This document shows positions 1-14,335 of a stretch of DNA of 64,000 nucleotides, piece by piece (the stretch's first letter is position 1; the number at the start of each line of letters is the position of its first letter). Below the pieces are notes generated by a model, which saw only the letters and a program-made list of their open reading frames with translations, was not told where the DNA came from and searched no databases. Source of the DNA: Eledone cirrhosa. Its lineage: Eukaryota. A program made the position numbers and the translations under genes. Location: contig OZ024755.1 in the NCBI GenBank assembly GCA_964016885.1, positions 27,652,001 through 27,716,000 of the forward strand, read 5' to 3'.

Positions 1-1240
1 TATCTGTAGTTGACACCAACTGTCAGTTCTCTGTCTGTAGTTGACTCCAACTGTCAGTTCTGTATCTGTAGTTGACACCAACTGTCAGTTCTGTATCTGT
101 AGTTGACACCAACTGTCAGTTCTCTGTCTGTAGTTGACTCCAACTGTCAGTTCTGTGTCTGTAGTTGACACCAACTGTCAGTTCTGTGTCTGTAGTTGAC
201 ACCAACTGTCAGTTCTGTATCTGTAGTTGACACCAACTGTCAGTTCTGTATCTGTAGTTGACTCCAACTGTCAGTTCTGTATCTGTAGTTGACACCAACT
301 GTCAGTTCTGTATCTGTAGTTGACTCCAACTGTCAGTTCTGTCTGTAGTTGACACCAACTGTCAGTTCAGTATCTGTAGTTGACACCAACTGTCAGTTCT
401 GTATCTGTAGTTGACACCAACTGTCAGTTCTGTATCTGTAGTTGACACCAACTGTCAGTTCTGTCTGTAGTTGACACCAACTGTCAGTTCAGTATCTGTA
501 GTTGACACCAACTGTCAGTTCTGTATCTGTAGTTGACACCAACTGTCAGTTCTGTATCTGTAGTTGACACCAACTGTCAGTTCTCTGTCTGTAGTTGACA
601 CCAACTGTCAGTTCTCTGTATGTAGTTGACACCAACTGTCAGTTCAGTATCTGTAGTTGACTCCAACTGTCAGTTCAGTATCTGTAGTTGACACCAACTG
701 TCAGTTCTGTATCTGTAGTTGACACCAGCTGTCAGTTCTGTATCTGTAGTTGACTCCAACTGTCAGTTCTGTATCTGTAGTTGACACCAACTGTCAGTTC
801 TGTGACTGTAGTTGACACCAACTGTCAGTTCTGTATCTGTAGTTGACACCAACTGTCAGTTCTGTATCTGTAGTTGACACCAACTGTCAGTTCTCTGTCT
901 GTAGTTGACACCAATTGTCAGGTCTGTGTCTGTAGTTGACACCAACTGTCAGTTCTGTATCTGTAGTTGACACCAACTGTCAGTTCTGTGTCTGTAGTTG
1001 ACACCAATTGTCAGTTCTATGTCTGTAGTTGACACCAACTGTCAGTTTTGTCTTTAGTTGACTCCAACTGTCAGTTCTGTGTCTGTAGTTGACACCAACT
1101 GTCAGTTATGTCTGTAGTTGACTCCAACTGTCAGCTCTGTATCTGTAGTTGACACCAACTGTCAGTTCTGTGTCTGTAGTTGACACCAATTGTCAGTTCT
1201 GTGTCTGTAGTTGAGTCTAACTGTCAGTTCTGTATCTGTA
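1..1240. repeat. 31-bp tandem minisatellite (TATCTGTAGTTGACACCAACTGTCAGTTCTG), runs off the window start
   Basis: About 40 head-to-tail units, some 29 bp; internal hairpin AGTTG-ACAC-CAACT. Confidence 0.97.
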
Positions 1241-4200
1241 GTTGACACCAACTGTCCTTGCCAACACAGTTCTGTGTCTGTAGTTGACACCAACTGTCCT
1301 TGCCAACACAGTTCTGTGTCTGTAGTTGACACAAACTGTCCTTGCCAACACAGTTCTGTGTCTGTAGTTGACACAAACTGTCCTTGCCAATGCAGTTCTG
1401 TATCTGTAGTTGACACAAACTCTCCTTGCCAACACAGTTCTGTGTCTGTAGTTGACACAAACTGTCCTTGCCAATGTAGTTCTGTATCTGTAGTTGACAC
1501 CAACTGTCCTTGCCAACACAGTTCTGTGTCTGTAGTTGACACAAACTGTCCTTGCCAACACAGTTCTGTGTCTGTAGTTGACACAAACTGTCCTTGCCAA
1601 TGCAGTTCTGTATCCGTAGTTGACACAAACTCTCCTTGCCAACACAGTTCTGTGTCTGTAGTTGACACCAACTATCCTTGCCAATGCAGTTCTGTATCTG
1701 TAGTTGACACCAACTGTCCTTGCCAACACAGTTCTGTATCTGTAGTTGACACCAACTGTCCTTGCCAACGCAGTTCTGTATCTGTAGTTGACACCAACTG
1801 TCCTTGCCAATGCAGTTCTGTATCTGTAGTTGACACAAACTGTCCTTGCCAACGCAGTTCTGTATCTGTAGTTGACACCAACTGTCCTTGCCAACACAGT
1901 TCTGTATCTGTAGTTGACACCAACTGTCCTTGCCAACGCAGTTCTGTATCTGTAGTTGACACCAACTGTCCTTGCCAATGCAGTTCTGTATCTGTAGTTG
2001 ACACAAACTGTCCTTGCCAACGCAGTTCTGTATCTGTAGTTGACACAAACTGTCCTTGCCAACACAGTCCTGTATCTGTAGTTGACACAAACTGTCCTTG
2101 CCAATGCAGTTCTGTATCTGTAGTTGACACCAACTGTCCTTGCCAACGCAGTTCTGTATCTGTAGTTGACACCAACTGTCCTTGCCAACGCAGTTCTGTA
2201 TCTGTAGTTGACACCAACTGTCCTTGCCAATGCAGTTCTGTATCTGTAGTTGACACCAACTGTCCTTGCCAACGCAGTTCTGTATCTGTAGTTGACACAA
2301 ACTGTCCTTGCCAACACAGTCCTGTATCTGTAGTTGACACCAACTGTCCTTGCCAATGCAGTTCGGTATCTGTAGTTGACACAAACTGTCCTTGCCAACG
2401 CAGTTCTGTATCTGTAGTTGACACAAACTGTCCTTGCCAACACAGTTCTGTATCTGTAGTTGACACCAACTGTGCTTGCCAACACAGTTCTGTATCTGTA
2501 GTTGACACCAACTATCCTTGCCAACACAGTTCTGTATTTGTAGTTGACACCAACTGTCCTTGCCAACACAGTTCTGTATCTGTAGTTGACACCAACTGTC
2601 CTTGCCAACACTGTTCTGTATCTGTAGTTGACACAAACTGTCCTTGCCAACACAGTTCTGTGTCTGTAGTTGACACCAACTGTCCTTGCCAACACAGTTC
2701 TGTATCTGTAGTTGACACCAACTGTCCTTGCCAACACAGTTCTGTATTTGTAGTTGACACCAACTGTCCTTGCCAACACAGTTCTGTATCTGTAGTTGAC
2801 ACCAACTGTCCTTGCCAACACAGTTCTGTATTTGTAGTTGACACCAACTGTCCTTGCCAACACAGTTCTGTATCTGTAGTTGACACCAACTGTCCTTGCC
2901 AACACAGTTCTGTATCTGTAGTTGACACCAACTGTCCTTGCCAACACAGTTTTGTATCTGTAGTTGACACAAACTGTCCTTGCAACACAGTTCTGTATCT
3001 GTAGTTGACACCAACTGTCCTTGCCAACACAATCCTGTATCTGTAGTTGACACCAACTGTCCTTGCCAACACAATCCTGTATCTGTAGTTGACACCAACT
3101 GTCCTTGCCAACACAGTTCTGTATCTGTAGTTGACACAAACTGTCCTTGCCAACACAGTTCTGTATCTGTAGTTGACACCAACTGTCCTTGCCAATACAG
3201 TTCTGTATCTGTAGTTGACACCAACTGTCCTTGCCAACACAGTTCTGTATCTGTAGTTGACACCAACTGTCCTTGCCAACACAGTTCTGTATCTGTAGTT
3301 GACACCAACTGTCCTTGCCAATACAGTTCTGTATCTGTAGTTGACACCAACTGTCCTTGCCAACACAGTTCTGTATCTGTAGTTGACACCAACTGTCCTT
3401 GCCAACACAGTTCTGTATTTGTAGTTGACACCAACTGTCCTTGCCAACACATTTCTGTATCTGTAGTTGACACAAACTGTCCTTGCCAACACAGTCCTGT
3501 ATCTGTAGTTGACACCAACTGTCCTTGCCAACACATTTCTGTATCTGTAGTTGACACCAACTGTCCTTGCCAACACAGTTCTGTATCTGTAGTTGACACC
3601 AACTGTCCTTGCCAACACATTTCTGTATCTGTAGTTGACACCAACTGTCCTTGCCAACACAGTTCTGTATCTGTAGTTGACACCAACTGTCCTTGCCAAC
3701 ACAGTTCTGTATCTGTAGTTGACACAAACTGTCCTTGCCAACACAGTTCTGTATCTGTAGTTGACACCAACTGTCCTTGCCAACACAGTTCTGTATCTGT
3801 AGTTGACACAAACTGTCAGTTCTGTGTCTGTAGTTGACACCAATTGTCAGTTCTGTGTCTGTAGTTGAGTCTAACTGTCAGTTCTGTATCTGTAGTTGAC
3901 ACCAACTGTCCTTGCCAACACAGTTCTGTGTCTGTAGTTGACACCAACTGTCCTTGCCAACACAGTTCTGTGTCTGTAGTTGACACAAACTGTCCTTGCC
4001 AACACAGTTCTGTGTCTGTAGTTGACACAAACTGTCCTTGCCAATGCAGTTCTGTATCTGTAGTTGACACAAACTCTCCTTGCCAACACAGTTCTGTGTC
4101 TGTAGTTGACACAAACTGTCCTTGCCAATGTAGTTCTGTATCTGTAGTTGACACCAACTGTCCTTGCCAACACAGTTCTGTGTCTGTAGTTGACACAAAC

Positions 4201-7200
4201 TGTCCTTGCCAACACAGTTCTGTGTCTGTAGTTGACACAAACTGTCCTTGCCAATGCAGTTCTGTATCCGTAGTTGACACAAACTCTCCTTGCCAACACA
4301 GTTCTGTGTCTGTAGTTGACACCAACTATCCTTGCCAATGCAGTTCTGTATCTGTAGTTGACACCAACTGTCCTTGCCAACACAGTTCTGTATCTGTAGT
4401 TGACACCAACTGTCCTTGCCAACGCAGTTCTGTATCTGTAGTTGACACCAACTGTCCTTGCCAATGCAGTTCTGTATCTGTAGTTGACACAAACTGTCCT
4501 TGCCAACGCAGTTCTGTATCTGTAGTTGACACCAACTGTCCTTGCCAACACAGTTCTGTATCTGTAGTTGACACCAACTGTCCTTGCCAACGCAGTTCTG
4601 TATCTGTAGTTGACACCAACTGTCCTTGCCAATGCAGTTCTGTATCTGTAGTTGACACAAACTGTCCTTGCCAACGCAGTTCTGTATCTGTAGTTGACAC
4701 AAACTGTCCTTGCCAACACAGTCCTGTATCTGTAGTTGACACAAACTGTCCTTGCCAATGCAGTTCTGTATCTGTAGTTGACACCAACTGTCCTTGCCAA
4801 CGCAGTTCTGTATCTGTAGTTGACACCAACTGTCCTTGCCAACGCAGTTCTGTATCTGTAGTTGACACCAACTGTCCTTGCCAATGCAGTTCTGTATCTG
4901 TAGTTGACACCAACTGTCCTTGCCAACGCAGTTCTGTATCTGTAGTTGACACAAACTGTCCTTGCCAACACAGTCCTGTATCTGTAGTTGACACCAACTG
5001 TCCTTGCCAATGCAGTTCGGTATCTGTAGTTGACACAAACTGTCCTTGCCAACGCAGTTCTGTATCTGTAGTTGACACAAACTGTCCTTGCCAACACAGT
5101 TCTGTATCTGTAGTTGACACCAACTGTGCTTGCCAACACAGTTCTGTATCTGTAGTTGACACCAACTATCCTTGCCAACACAGTTCTGTATTTGTAGTTG
5201 ACACCAACTGTCCTTGCCAACACAGTTCTGTATCTGTAGTTGACACCAACTGTCCTTGCCAACACAGTTCTGTATCTGTAGTTGACACAAACTGTCCTTG
5301 CCAACACAGTTCTGTGTCTGTAGTTGACACCAACTGTCCTTGCCAACACAGTTCTGTATCTGTAGTTGACACCAACTGTCCTTGCCAACACAGTTCTGTA
5401 TTTGTAGTTGACACCAACTGTCCTTGCCAACACAGTTCTGTATCTGTAGTTGACACCAACTGTCCTTGCCAACACAGTTCTGTATTTGTAGTTGACACCA
5501 ACTGTCCTTGCCAACACAGTTCTGTATCTGTAGTTGACACCAACTGTCCTTGCCAACACAGTTCTGTATCTGTAGTTGACACCAACTGTCCTTGCCAACA
5601 CAGTTTTGTATCTGTAGTTGACACAAACTGTCCTTGCAACACAGTTCTGTATCTGTAGTTGACACCAACTGTCCTTGCCAACACAATCCTGTATCTGTAG
5701 TTGACACCAACTGTCCTTGCCAACACAATCCTGTATCTGTAGTTGACACCAACTGTCCTTGCCAACACAGTTCTGTATCTGTAGTTGACACAAACTGTCC
5801 TTGCCAACACAGTTCTGTATCTGTAGTTGACACCAACTGTCCTTGCCAATACAGTTCTGTATCTGTAGTTGACACCAACTGTCCTTGCCAACACAGTTCT
5901 GTATCTGTAGTTGACACCAACTGTCCTTGCCAACACAGTTCTGTATCTGTAGTTGACACCAACTGTCCTTGCCAATACAGTTCTGTATCTGTAGTTGACA
6001 CCAACTGTCCTTGCCAACACAGTTCTGTATCTGTAGTTGACACCAACTGTCCTTGCCAACACAGTTCTGTATTTGTAGTTGACACCAACTGTCCTTGCCA
6101 ACACATTTCTGTATCTGTAGTTGACACAAACTGTCCTTGCCAACACAGTCCTGTATCTGTAGTTGACACCAACTGTCCTTGCCAACACATTTCTGTATCT
6201 GTAGTTGACACCAACTGTCCTTGCCAACACAGTTCTGTATCTGTAGTTGACACCAACTGTCCTTGCCAACACATTTCTGTATCTGTAGTTGACACCAACT
6301 GTCCTTGCCAACACAGTTCTGTATCTGTAGTTGACACCAACTGTCCTTGCCAACACAGTTCTGTATCTGTAGTTGACACAAACTGTCCTTGCCAACACAG
6401 TTCTGTATCTGTAGTTGACACCAACTGTCCTTGCCAACACAGTTCTGTATCTGTAGTTGACACCAACTGTCCTTGCCAACACAGTTCTGTATCTGTAGTT
6501 GACACCAACTGTCCTTGCCAACACAGTTCTGTATCTGTAGTTGACACCAACTGTCCTTGCCAACACAGTTCTGTATCTGTAGTTGACACAAACTGTCCTT
6601 GCCAACACAGTCCTGTATCTGTAGTTGACACAAACTGTCCTTGCCAACACATTTCTGTATCTGTAGTTGACACCAACTGTCCTTGCCAACACAGTTCTGT
6701 ATCTGTAGTTGACACCAACTGTCCTTGCCAACACAGTTCTGTATCTGTAGTTGACACAAACTGTCCTTGCCAACACAGTTCTGTATCTGTAGTTGACACC
6801 AACTGTCCTTGCCAATACAGTTCTGTATCTGTAGTTGACACCAACTGTCCTTGCCAACACAGTCCTGTATCTGTAGTTGACACCAACTGTCCTTGCCAAC
6901 ACAGTTCTGTATCTGTAGTTGACACCAACTGTCCTTGCCAACACAGTTCTGTATCTGTAGTTGACACCAACTGTCCTTGCCAACACAGTTCTGTATCTGT
7001 AGTTGACACCAACTGTCCTTGCCAACACAGTTCTGTATCTGTAGTTGACACAAACTGTCCTTGCCAACACAGTTCTGTATCTGTAGTTGACACCAACTGT
7101 CCTTGCCAACACAGTTCTGTATCTGTAGTTGACACAAACTGTCCTTGCCAACACAGTCCTGTATCTGTAGTTGACACAAACTGTCCTTGCCAACACATTT

Positions 7201-9870
7201 CTGTATCTGTAGTTGACACCAACTGTCCTTGCCAACACAGTTCTGTATCTGTAGTTGACACCAACTGTCCTTGCCAACACAGTTCTGTATCTGCAGTTGA
7301 CACCAACTGTCATTGCCAACACAGTTTTTTATCTGTAGTTGACACAAACTGTCCTTGCCAACACAGTTCTGTATCTGTAGTTGACACCAACTGTCCTTGC
7401 CAACACAGTTCTGTATCTGTAGTTGACACCAACTGTCCTTGCCAACACAGTTCTGTATCTGTAGTTGACACAAACTGTCCTTGCCAACACAGTCCTGTAT
7501 CTGTAGTTGACACAAACTGTCCTTGCCAACACATTTCTGTATCTGTAGTTGACACCAACTGTCCTTGCCAACACAGTTCTGTATCTGTAGTTGACACCAA
7601 CTGTCCTTGCCAACACAGTTCTGTATCTGTAGTTGACACAAACTGTCCTTGCCAACACAGTTCTGTATCTGTAGTTGACACCAACTGTCCTTGCCAATAC
7701 AGTTCTGTATCTGTAGTTGACACCAACTGTCCTTGCCAACACAGTCCTGTATCTGTAGTTGACACCAACTGTCCTTGCCAACACAGTTCTGTATCTGTAG
7801 TTGACACCAACTGTCGTTGCCAACACAGTTCTGTATCTGTAGTTGACACCAACTGTCCTTGCCAATGCAGTTCTGTATCTGTAGTTGACACAAACTGTCC
7901 TTGCCAACACAGTTCTGTATCTGTAGTTGACACCAACTGTCCTTGCCAATACAGTTCTGTATCTGTAGTTGACACCAACTGTCCTTGCCAACACAGTTCT
8001 GTATCTGTAGTTGACACCAACTGTCCTTGCCAATACAGTTCTGTATCTGTAGTTGACACAAACTGTCCTTGCCAACACAGTTCTGTATCTGTAATTGACA
8101 CCAACTGTCCTTGCGAACACAGTTCTGTATCTGTAGTTGACACCAACTGTCCTTGCCAACACAGTTCTGTATCTGTAGCTGACACCAACTGTCCTTGCCA
8201 ACACAGTTCTGTATCTGTAGTTGACACAAACTGTCCTTGCCAACACAGTTCTGTATCTGTAGTTGACACAAACTGTCCTTGCCAACACAGTTCTGTATCT
8301 GTAGTTGACACCAACTGTCCTTGCCAACACAGTTCTGTATCTGTAGTTGACACCAACTGTCCTTGCCAACACAGTTCTGTATCTGTAGTTGACACAAACT
8401 GTCCTTGCCAACACAGTTCTGTGTCTGTAGTTGACACAAACTGTCCTTGCCAACACAGTTCTGTGTCTGTAGTTGACACAAACTGTCCTTGCCAATGCAG
8501 TTCTGTATCTGTAGTTGACACAAACTCTCCTTGCCAACACAGTTCTGTGTCTGTAGTTGACACAAACTGTCCTTGCCAATGTAGTTCTGTATCTGTAGTT
8601 GACACAAACTGTCCTTGCCAATGCAGTTCTGTATCTGTAGTTGACACAAACTCTCCTTGCCAACACAGTTCTGTGTCTGTAGTTGACACCAACTATCCTT
8701 GCCAATGCAGTTCTGTATCTGTAGTTGACACCAACTGTCCTTGCCAACACAGTTCTGTATCTGTAGTTGACACCAACTGTCCTTGCCAACGCAGTTCTGT
8801 ATCTGTAGTTGACACCAACTGTCCTTGCCAACACAGTTCTGTATCTCTAGTTGACACCAACTGTCCTTGCCAACACAATTCTGTATCTGTAGTTGACACC
8901 AACTGTCCTTGCCAACACAGTTCTGTATTTGTAGTTGACACCAACTGTCCTTGCCAACACAGTTCTGTATCTGTAGTTGACACAAACTGTCCTTGCCAAT
9001 GCAGTTCTGTATCTGTAGTTGACACCAACTGTCCTTGCCAACACAGTTCTGTATCTGTAGTTGACACAAACTGTCCTTGCCAACACAGTTCTGTATCTGT
9101 AGTTGACACCAACTGTCCTTGCCAACACAGTTCTGTATCTGTAGTTGACACCAACTGTCCTTGCCAACACAGTTCTGTATCTGTAGTTGACACCAACTGT
9201 CCTTGCCAACACAGTTCTGTATCTGTAGTTGACACCAACTGTCCTTGCCAACACAGTTCTGTATCTGTAGTTGACACCAACTGTCCTTGCCAACACAGTT
9301 CTGTATCTGTAGTTGACACCAACTGTCCTTGCCAACACAGTTCTGTATCTGTAGTTGACACCAACTGTCCTTGCCAACACAGTTCTGTATCTGTAGTTGA
9401 CACCAACTGTCCTTGCCAACACAATTCTGTATCTGTAGTTGACACCAACTGTCCTTGCCAACACAGTTCTGTATTTGTAGTTGACACCAACTGTCCTTGC
9501 CAACACAGTTCTGTATCTGTAGTTGACACAAACTGTCCTTGCCAATGCAGTTCTGTATCTGTAGTTGACACCAACTGTCCTTGCCAACACAGTTCTGTGT
9601 CTGTAGTTGACACCAACTGTCCTTGCCAACACAGTTCTGTATCTGTAGTTGACACCAACTATCCTTGCCAACACAGTTCTGTATCTGTAGTTGACACCAA
9701 CTGTCCTTGCCAACACAGTTCTGTGTCTGTAGTTGACACAAACTGTTCTTGCCAACGCAGTTCTGTATCTGTAGTTGACACAAACTGTCCTTGCCAACAC
9801 AGTTCTGTATCTGTAGTTGACACCAACTGTCCTTGCCCAACACAGTTCTGTATCTGTAGTTGACAACTGT
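1233..9870. repeat. 42-bp tandem satellite (TATCTGTAGTTGACACCAACTGTCCTTGCCAACACAGTTCTG), about 205 units
   Basis: Direct periodicity; equals the 31-mer plus an 11-bp insert; explains all ORFs at 1162-9873. Confidence 0.98.
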
Positions 9871-10268
9871 CAACTCTGTGTCTGCAGCTTCGTTATTGCT
9901 TGAAACTGGTACTTCATGTTTTAGATAAACCAGTTCTACTAGTTGTTCTATAGATCTATCATAACGTGCTGTACCAAAATTTGACTGTCTTAATACTAGT
10001 CATAGATTGAGATATATCGAGATTAATTTGGAGACCTATTTCTTTTGTATTTGCAGCTAAAGGATCAATGGAGCCCTGTAGGCTAGCAATATTATTGTTA
10101 ATAGCAGTAATATCATCTACTTAACATAGATTATAAATTATTTGAACCCCTATAGAGAATCCAGTGCTATTTTCTTGCTCCATTTTTTTCTTTTCTTTTA
10201 AGATAACAGACCCCCCCCCCCTGATAAAATGTTCCCCTGCTTAATATCTTTCATTATATCAACAAATT

Positions 10269-10453
10269 GGTGGATTGGCAGTATCGGTAGAGGGTTGGAC
10301 GTCATGCTTTCTAGTATAGTTACGTCCTATTACGGTCTGAGTTCAAATCCCGCCGAGGTTAACTTTGCCTTTCATCCTTACGGGGTCGATAAAATAAAGT
10401 ACCAGTAATGCACTGGGTAATTGCTGGCCTTGTGCCAAAAGTAGAAACAATTA
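10269..10453 (+). mobile_element. tRNA-derived SINE (dominant family, about 185 bp)
   Basis: A-box-like TGGCAGTATCGG, B-box GAGTTCAAATCCC, body CCTTTCATCCTTACGGGGTCGATAAAATAAAGTACCAG, tail GTAGAAACAATTA; many copies in the window. Confidence 0.9.
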
Positions 10454-11457
10454 CATTGACAAATCTACTTGTGCCAATATTAATCATGATCCCAGATTGT
10501 GAGCCTTCATATGAAAATTTAAGGAAGCTAATGTAACTCCTTTCGATAGGGCTGCTTTCTTTGACTTTCCAAAATGAATGTTGTCAAAAGACTTGGTAAA
10601 AATCGATAGAAACATTATACTCACAGGGACATAACTTCTATAATGCAAGGGAAGTAAGTCTAATTTTACTTCATTTATTTTGACTATAAATGCCATAAAT
10701 GAGAAGAAAAGAAGAAAGAGCAAGGACTATTAGGCCATAGAAGAAAGAGAGGGGGAATCCGTCTGCCTTCCTTGAGTAGAATTGATAATTAAGTTAAGGT
10801 TTCTCTCTCCATACCAAGGGCGTGATTTGATAAATATTTCTTGGTTCACCACATTAAGTATGCTAACATTGACTTTAACATCTATTTTTATATACAGCGT
10901 GTTCTCAGAAAATTTTCTCTAGTCAATACGTTCTGTGGGCAATAAGTTTACAAAAGGTAGCAAATGAATTTGTGAATTTGTGTTTACTTATACCACTGGA
11001 TCGGCAGAATTGATAGAGCATTGAACAAAATGCTTTCATGTATATAATTACAATATATATATCATTCTCTCAAACAAGTAATTTAACTATTCACAAATAT
11101 ATTCACACAGGAGGAACCATATAACTGCGATATTTTTGGTAAAACATTCTCACAAAATAGTGACCTAACTAAGCACAAACACGTTCATATAAGAGAGAAA
11201 CCATATCATTATGATATACACAGTAAATCATTTTCTTAAAGAATTGGCTTAAATAATCATGAAAATAATGATATCATGAAGAGAGGCTGTATCACGGTTA
11301 GCTGAGGTAAATCCTTTTTTAAAATAGGTGATTTAATTACTTACAAATATAGGAGAGACACTATCACAATGGTACATACGAGAGAAACAGAAAAACTGGC
11401 AAATTATTTTCTAAAAAATGTCACTTTACATGTAGGTATTAATACAGGAGAGTAACT

Positions 11458-11703
11458 GCATCATCTTCGCCCACTTATTCCTGGGAGGGTCGTGGGGGAG
11501 GCACAGTCCTCAAACACTCCTCCCAGCGGGTCCTGTCAGAAGCAACCGTCTCCAACTGATCCAGCTGGATCCCCAAGCGAAACCAGCCGAGCTCACGGAT
11601 GTTATCCAGCCATCTTGCTCGGGGTCTACTCCTGGGTATCTTTCCGGTTGGGTTTGCTCGTAAAATCTGTCCAGCGGTTCTTTCCTTACATGGTCATCAT
11701 TCT
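11458..11703 (-). mobile_element. RTE-clade LINE 3' fragment (Expander/Rex3-like C-terminus)
   Basis: Minus translation RANPTGKIPRSRPRARWLDNIRELGWFRLGIQLDQLETVASDRTRWEECLRTVPPPRPSQE*. Confidence 0.8.
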
Positions 11704-11850
11704 AATTTAAGCCTACCCCACATTCTATCTTCAATTTCATATATGCGTAGGAGCAGTCGATAAAACGAAGTACCAGTAATGCACTGGGGTAATTTCTGAC
11801 CTTGTGCCCAAAGTAGAAACAATTATATATTAGTAGTTCATTATCATTCT

Positions 11851-12231
11851 GGTGAATTGGCAGTATCGGTAGAGAGTCGGACGCCATGCTTTGAAGCATA
11901 GAGTTACGTCCCTTTATGATCTGAGTTCAAATCCCGCCGAGGTTAACTTTGCCTTTCATCCTTATGGGGTCGATAAAATAAAGTACCAGTAATGTACTGG
12001 GTAATTGCTGGCCTTCTGCCTAAAATAGAAACAATTATCATTCTGGTGAATTGGCAGTATCGGTAGAGAGTCGGACGCCATGCTTTCCAGCATAGAGTTA
12101 CGTCTCTTTACGGTCTGAGCTCAAATCCCGCTGAGGTTAACTTTGCCTTTCATCCTTACGGGCTCGATAAAATAAAATACCAGTAATGTATTGGGTAATT
12201 GCTGGCCTTGTGTCAAAAATAGAAACAATTA
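11851..12231 (+). mobile_element. Tandem dimer of the tRNA-SINE (194-bp period), preceded by a 3' fragment at 11756-11825
   Basis: Two full copies; ATTATCATTCT at 11840, 12034 and 12228. Confidence 0.9.
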
Positions 12232-12585
12232 TCATTCTAGGACTGTTTTTCATACTGACATGGGTTGTATAGATTTTCACGTTCTAAGAGTAGATGTGTC
12301 AGATAAATATGTCTTGCTCATTTATTCCATTTTGGCATGATTTCTATGGCTGGATGCCCACCCTAATGCTAACTACATTACAGTGTGTACTGGATGCACA
12401 TTACAGTACCAGCGCTATCAATTACGTCATTTACCTCCCCGAGTTGAAATTCAGCTCAAACTGATCTTATTCTGGTTAATTTAATTCTCCTCTCAAAATT
12501 TCTAACCCTGTGTCAAAATCAGATACTAAATATGGTGTTAGATTAAAGGATACGAAAGATATTTTAGATCGTATTATATTGTTAG

Positions 12586-12796
12586 GGCGGTGGATTGGCA
12601 GTATCGTAGAACGTCGGACACTATGCTTTGTAGCACAGAGTTACGGCCCTTTATGTTATGAATTCAAATCCCGCTGAGGTTAGCTTTGCCTTCATCCTTA
12701 TGAGGTCGATAAAATAAAGCACCAGTAATACACTGGGGTCGATTTGATCGACTTTCCCTTCCCTAAAATTGCTGACCTTGTGCCTATAGTAGAAAT
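12586..12796 (+). mobile_element. tRNA-SINE, long variant, with 14-bp TSD
   Basis: TSD TATTATATTGTTAG at 12572-12585 and 12797-12810; a further 3' fragment at about 12830-12930. Confidence 0.9.
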
Positions 12797-12938
12797 TATT
12801 ATATTGTTAGAGTATCAGACAAAATACCACGGGGTCGATAAAATAAAGCACCAGTTAAGTACTGGGTCGATTTAATCAATTCCTTCACCTCCAAACAAAT
12901 ATTGGTATTGTGCTCAAAGTAGAAATAATTACTAAATA

Positions 12939-14209
12939 CTAGCAGAAAAACAACCCTTCGGGTGGTTTTCTGCTAGCATGTGTAGTGTGTATATTATACG
13001 TAAGTATATATACATGTAGATATGATACGTCAAATAAAATCGTAATTGACAATATAAACAGAAATTGAACGAAGACTGCGTTACACTGTCTTATGTAATC
13101 AGGAACGTAATCCATGATACATTAAAAAAAGACGATATCTAATATATATTTGTGAAATGGGTGGTGGTTGAAATTCAGTTGTGCACGGGTAAATGGTAGT
13201 AGACGTGGTCGGACGGACATGAAAAATTTACACACCAATGTAAAAAGTGCCAAGGAAGCAAATAGACGAGGTTTCAAATCTCTAACTTGAAAAATGTGGT
13301 CTCTAGGGCCCCCAAACAGTCTATTTACTATCGCTTCCGGTGAGTTATTTCCCCCTGTTCTAATACTTGGATGAATTATTTTCTGTAGTCGCTTTCAATA
13401 TTCATTGTCTTATTTACAATTTCATACAAATTTTTAAACTCATCAATTTCTTCATAACATATCAAACACAACGTTCTTTCGCTGTTAACATACAGTACCG
13501 TTTTATGAAATAGATTCTGCAGTACCATTTTACGAAAACGGTCACTGTTTTCCATAAAAAAAAATAAAACCCTTAAATTACGAAGAAGGGACACGTGTTT
13601 TTATTTTAATTCTAATACATGTTAACCACCACTAACAGTAAGTAGTATTTTTCAAATTGCATATCATCGACATTGCTATTTCGCTGTTAATAAACAACGC
13701 TTTTCACGTCGCTCCACTTCTCATTGTACGCCGTCCAGCGCCAAGTGCATATTTCTATTTTTTTCCCTGAAAATGCTTCTTTATAATAAACTTTCAATAA
13801 TATTTTTCAAATTATTAACTTAATAAAAAGTGGCCCCGGGTGCAACCGGGCTCAGCTGCTAGTTATATATAAACTGCATTAGGAGAAAATTAGTGACAGA
13901 AAATTATTATGTTTATTTAAGTGATCGCCACCGGAAGTGTTGACATCACACACTCTCTCTTTCTATATATATGGTAGTTGAAGTGGTGGTGGTGGCGGCA
14001 ACGATATAACGGAAGGGCAACTTTGAAAAGAAGTCAATTTTAAATTATTTATTTTTACGAAATTATTTTTGTTTACGAAATTTAGTAGATAAATTATGTA
14101 ATATTCATTCATTATTTATTCAAAGTAATCCAACTTATTTTACTAACGGGATAAAAAAAAAAAATAAACCGTACGCAGTCCCGCAGACCTTCCTTTATTA
14201 TAGCTTAGA
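12939..14209 (-). mobile_element. Non-autonomous Helitron A (host copy)
   Basis: Minus strand starts A|TCTAAGCTATAATAAAG and ends hairpin (GCAGAAAACCACCCGAAGGGTTGTTTTTCTG) then CTAG|T; second copy at 21507-22473. Confidence 0.78.
13138..13862 (+). mobile_element. Non-autonomous Helitron B nested in Helitron A
   Basis: A|TCTAATATAT ... CCCGG-GTGCAA-CCGGG hairpin ... CTAG|T, no TSD; empty site GACGATA|TTATAT seen in the 21.5-kb copy of A. Confidence 0.88.
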
Positions 14210-14335
14210 TTGTATTAAAATAAATCATAATTATAAAACACGATTTTTTGGGGGGTTTTGAAAATCAAATATACAAAGAAATTTTATTAGATATTAATTA
14301 ACATGAAACACAGAAATATTGCAGAAATATTTCTC

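Noticed and set aside
1162-9873. Cys-rich ORFs up to 2000 aa (SSVSVVDTNCPCQH, CQLQIQNCVGKDSW repeats)
   Set aside because: A 42-bp unit is a multiple of 3, open in several frames on both strands; shared frameshifts, no unique termini
10269-10360. tRNA gene
   Set aside because: A/B boxes belong to SINE heads; no cloverleaf; multicopy with SINE body
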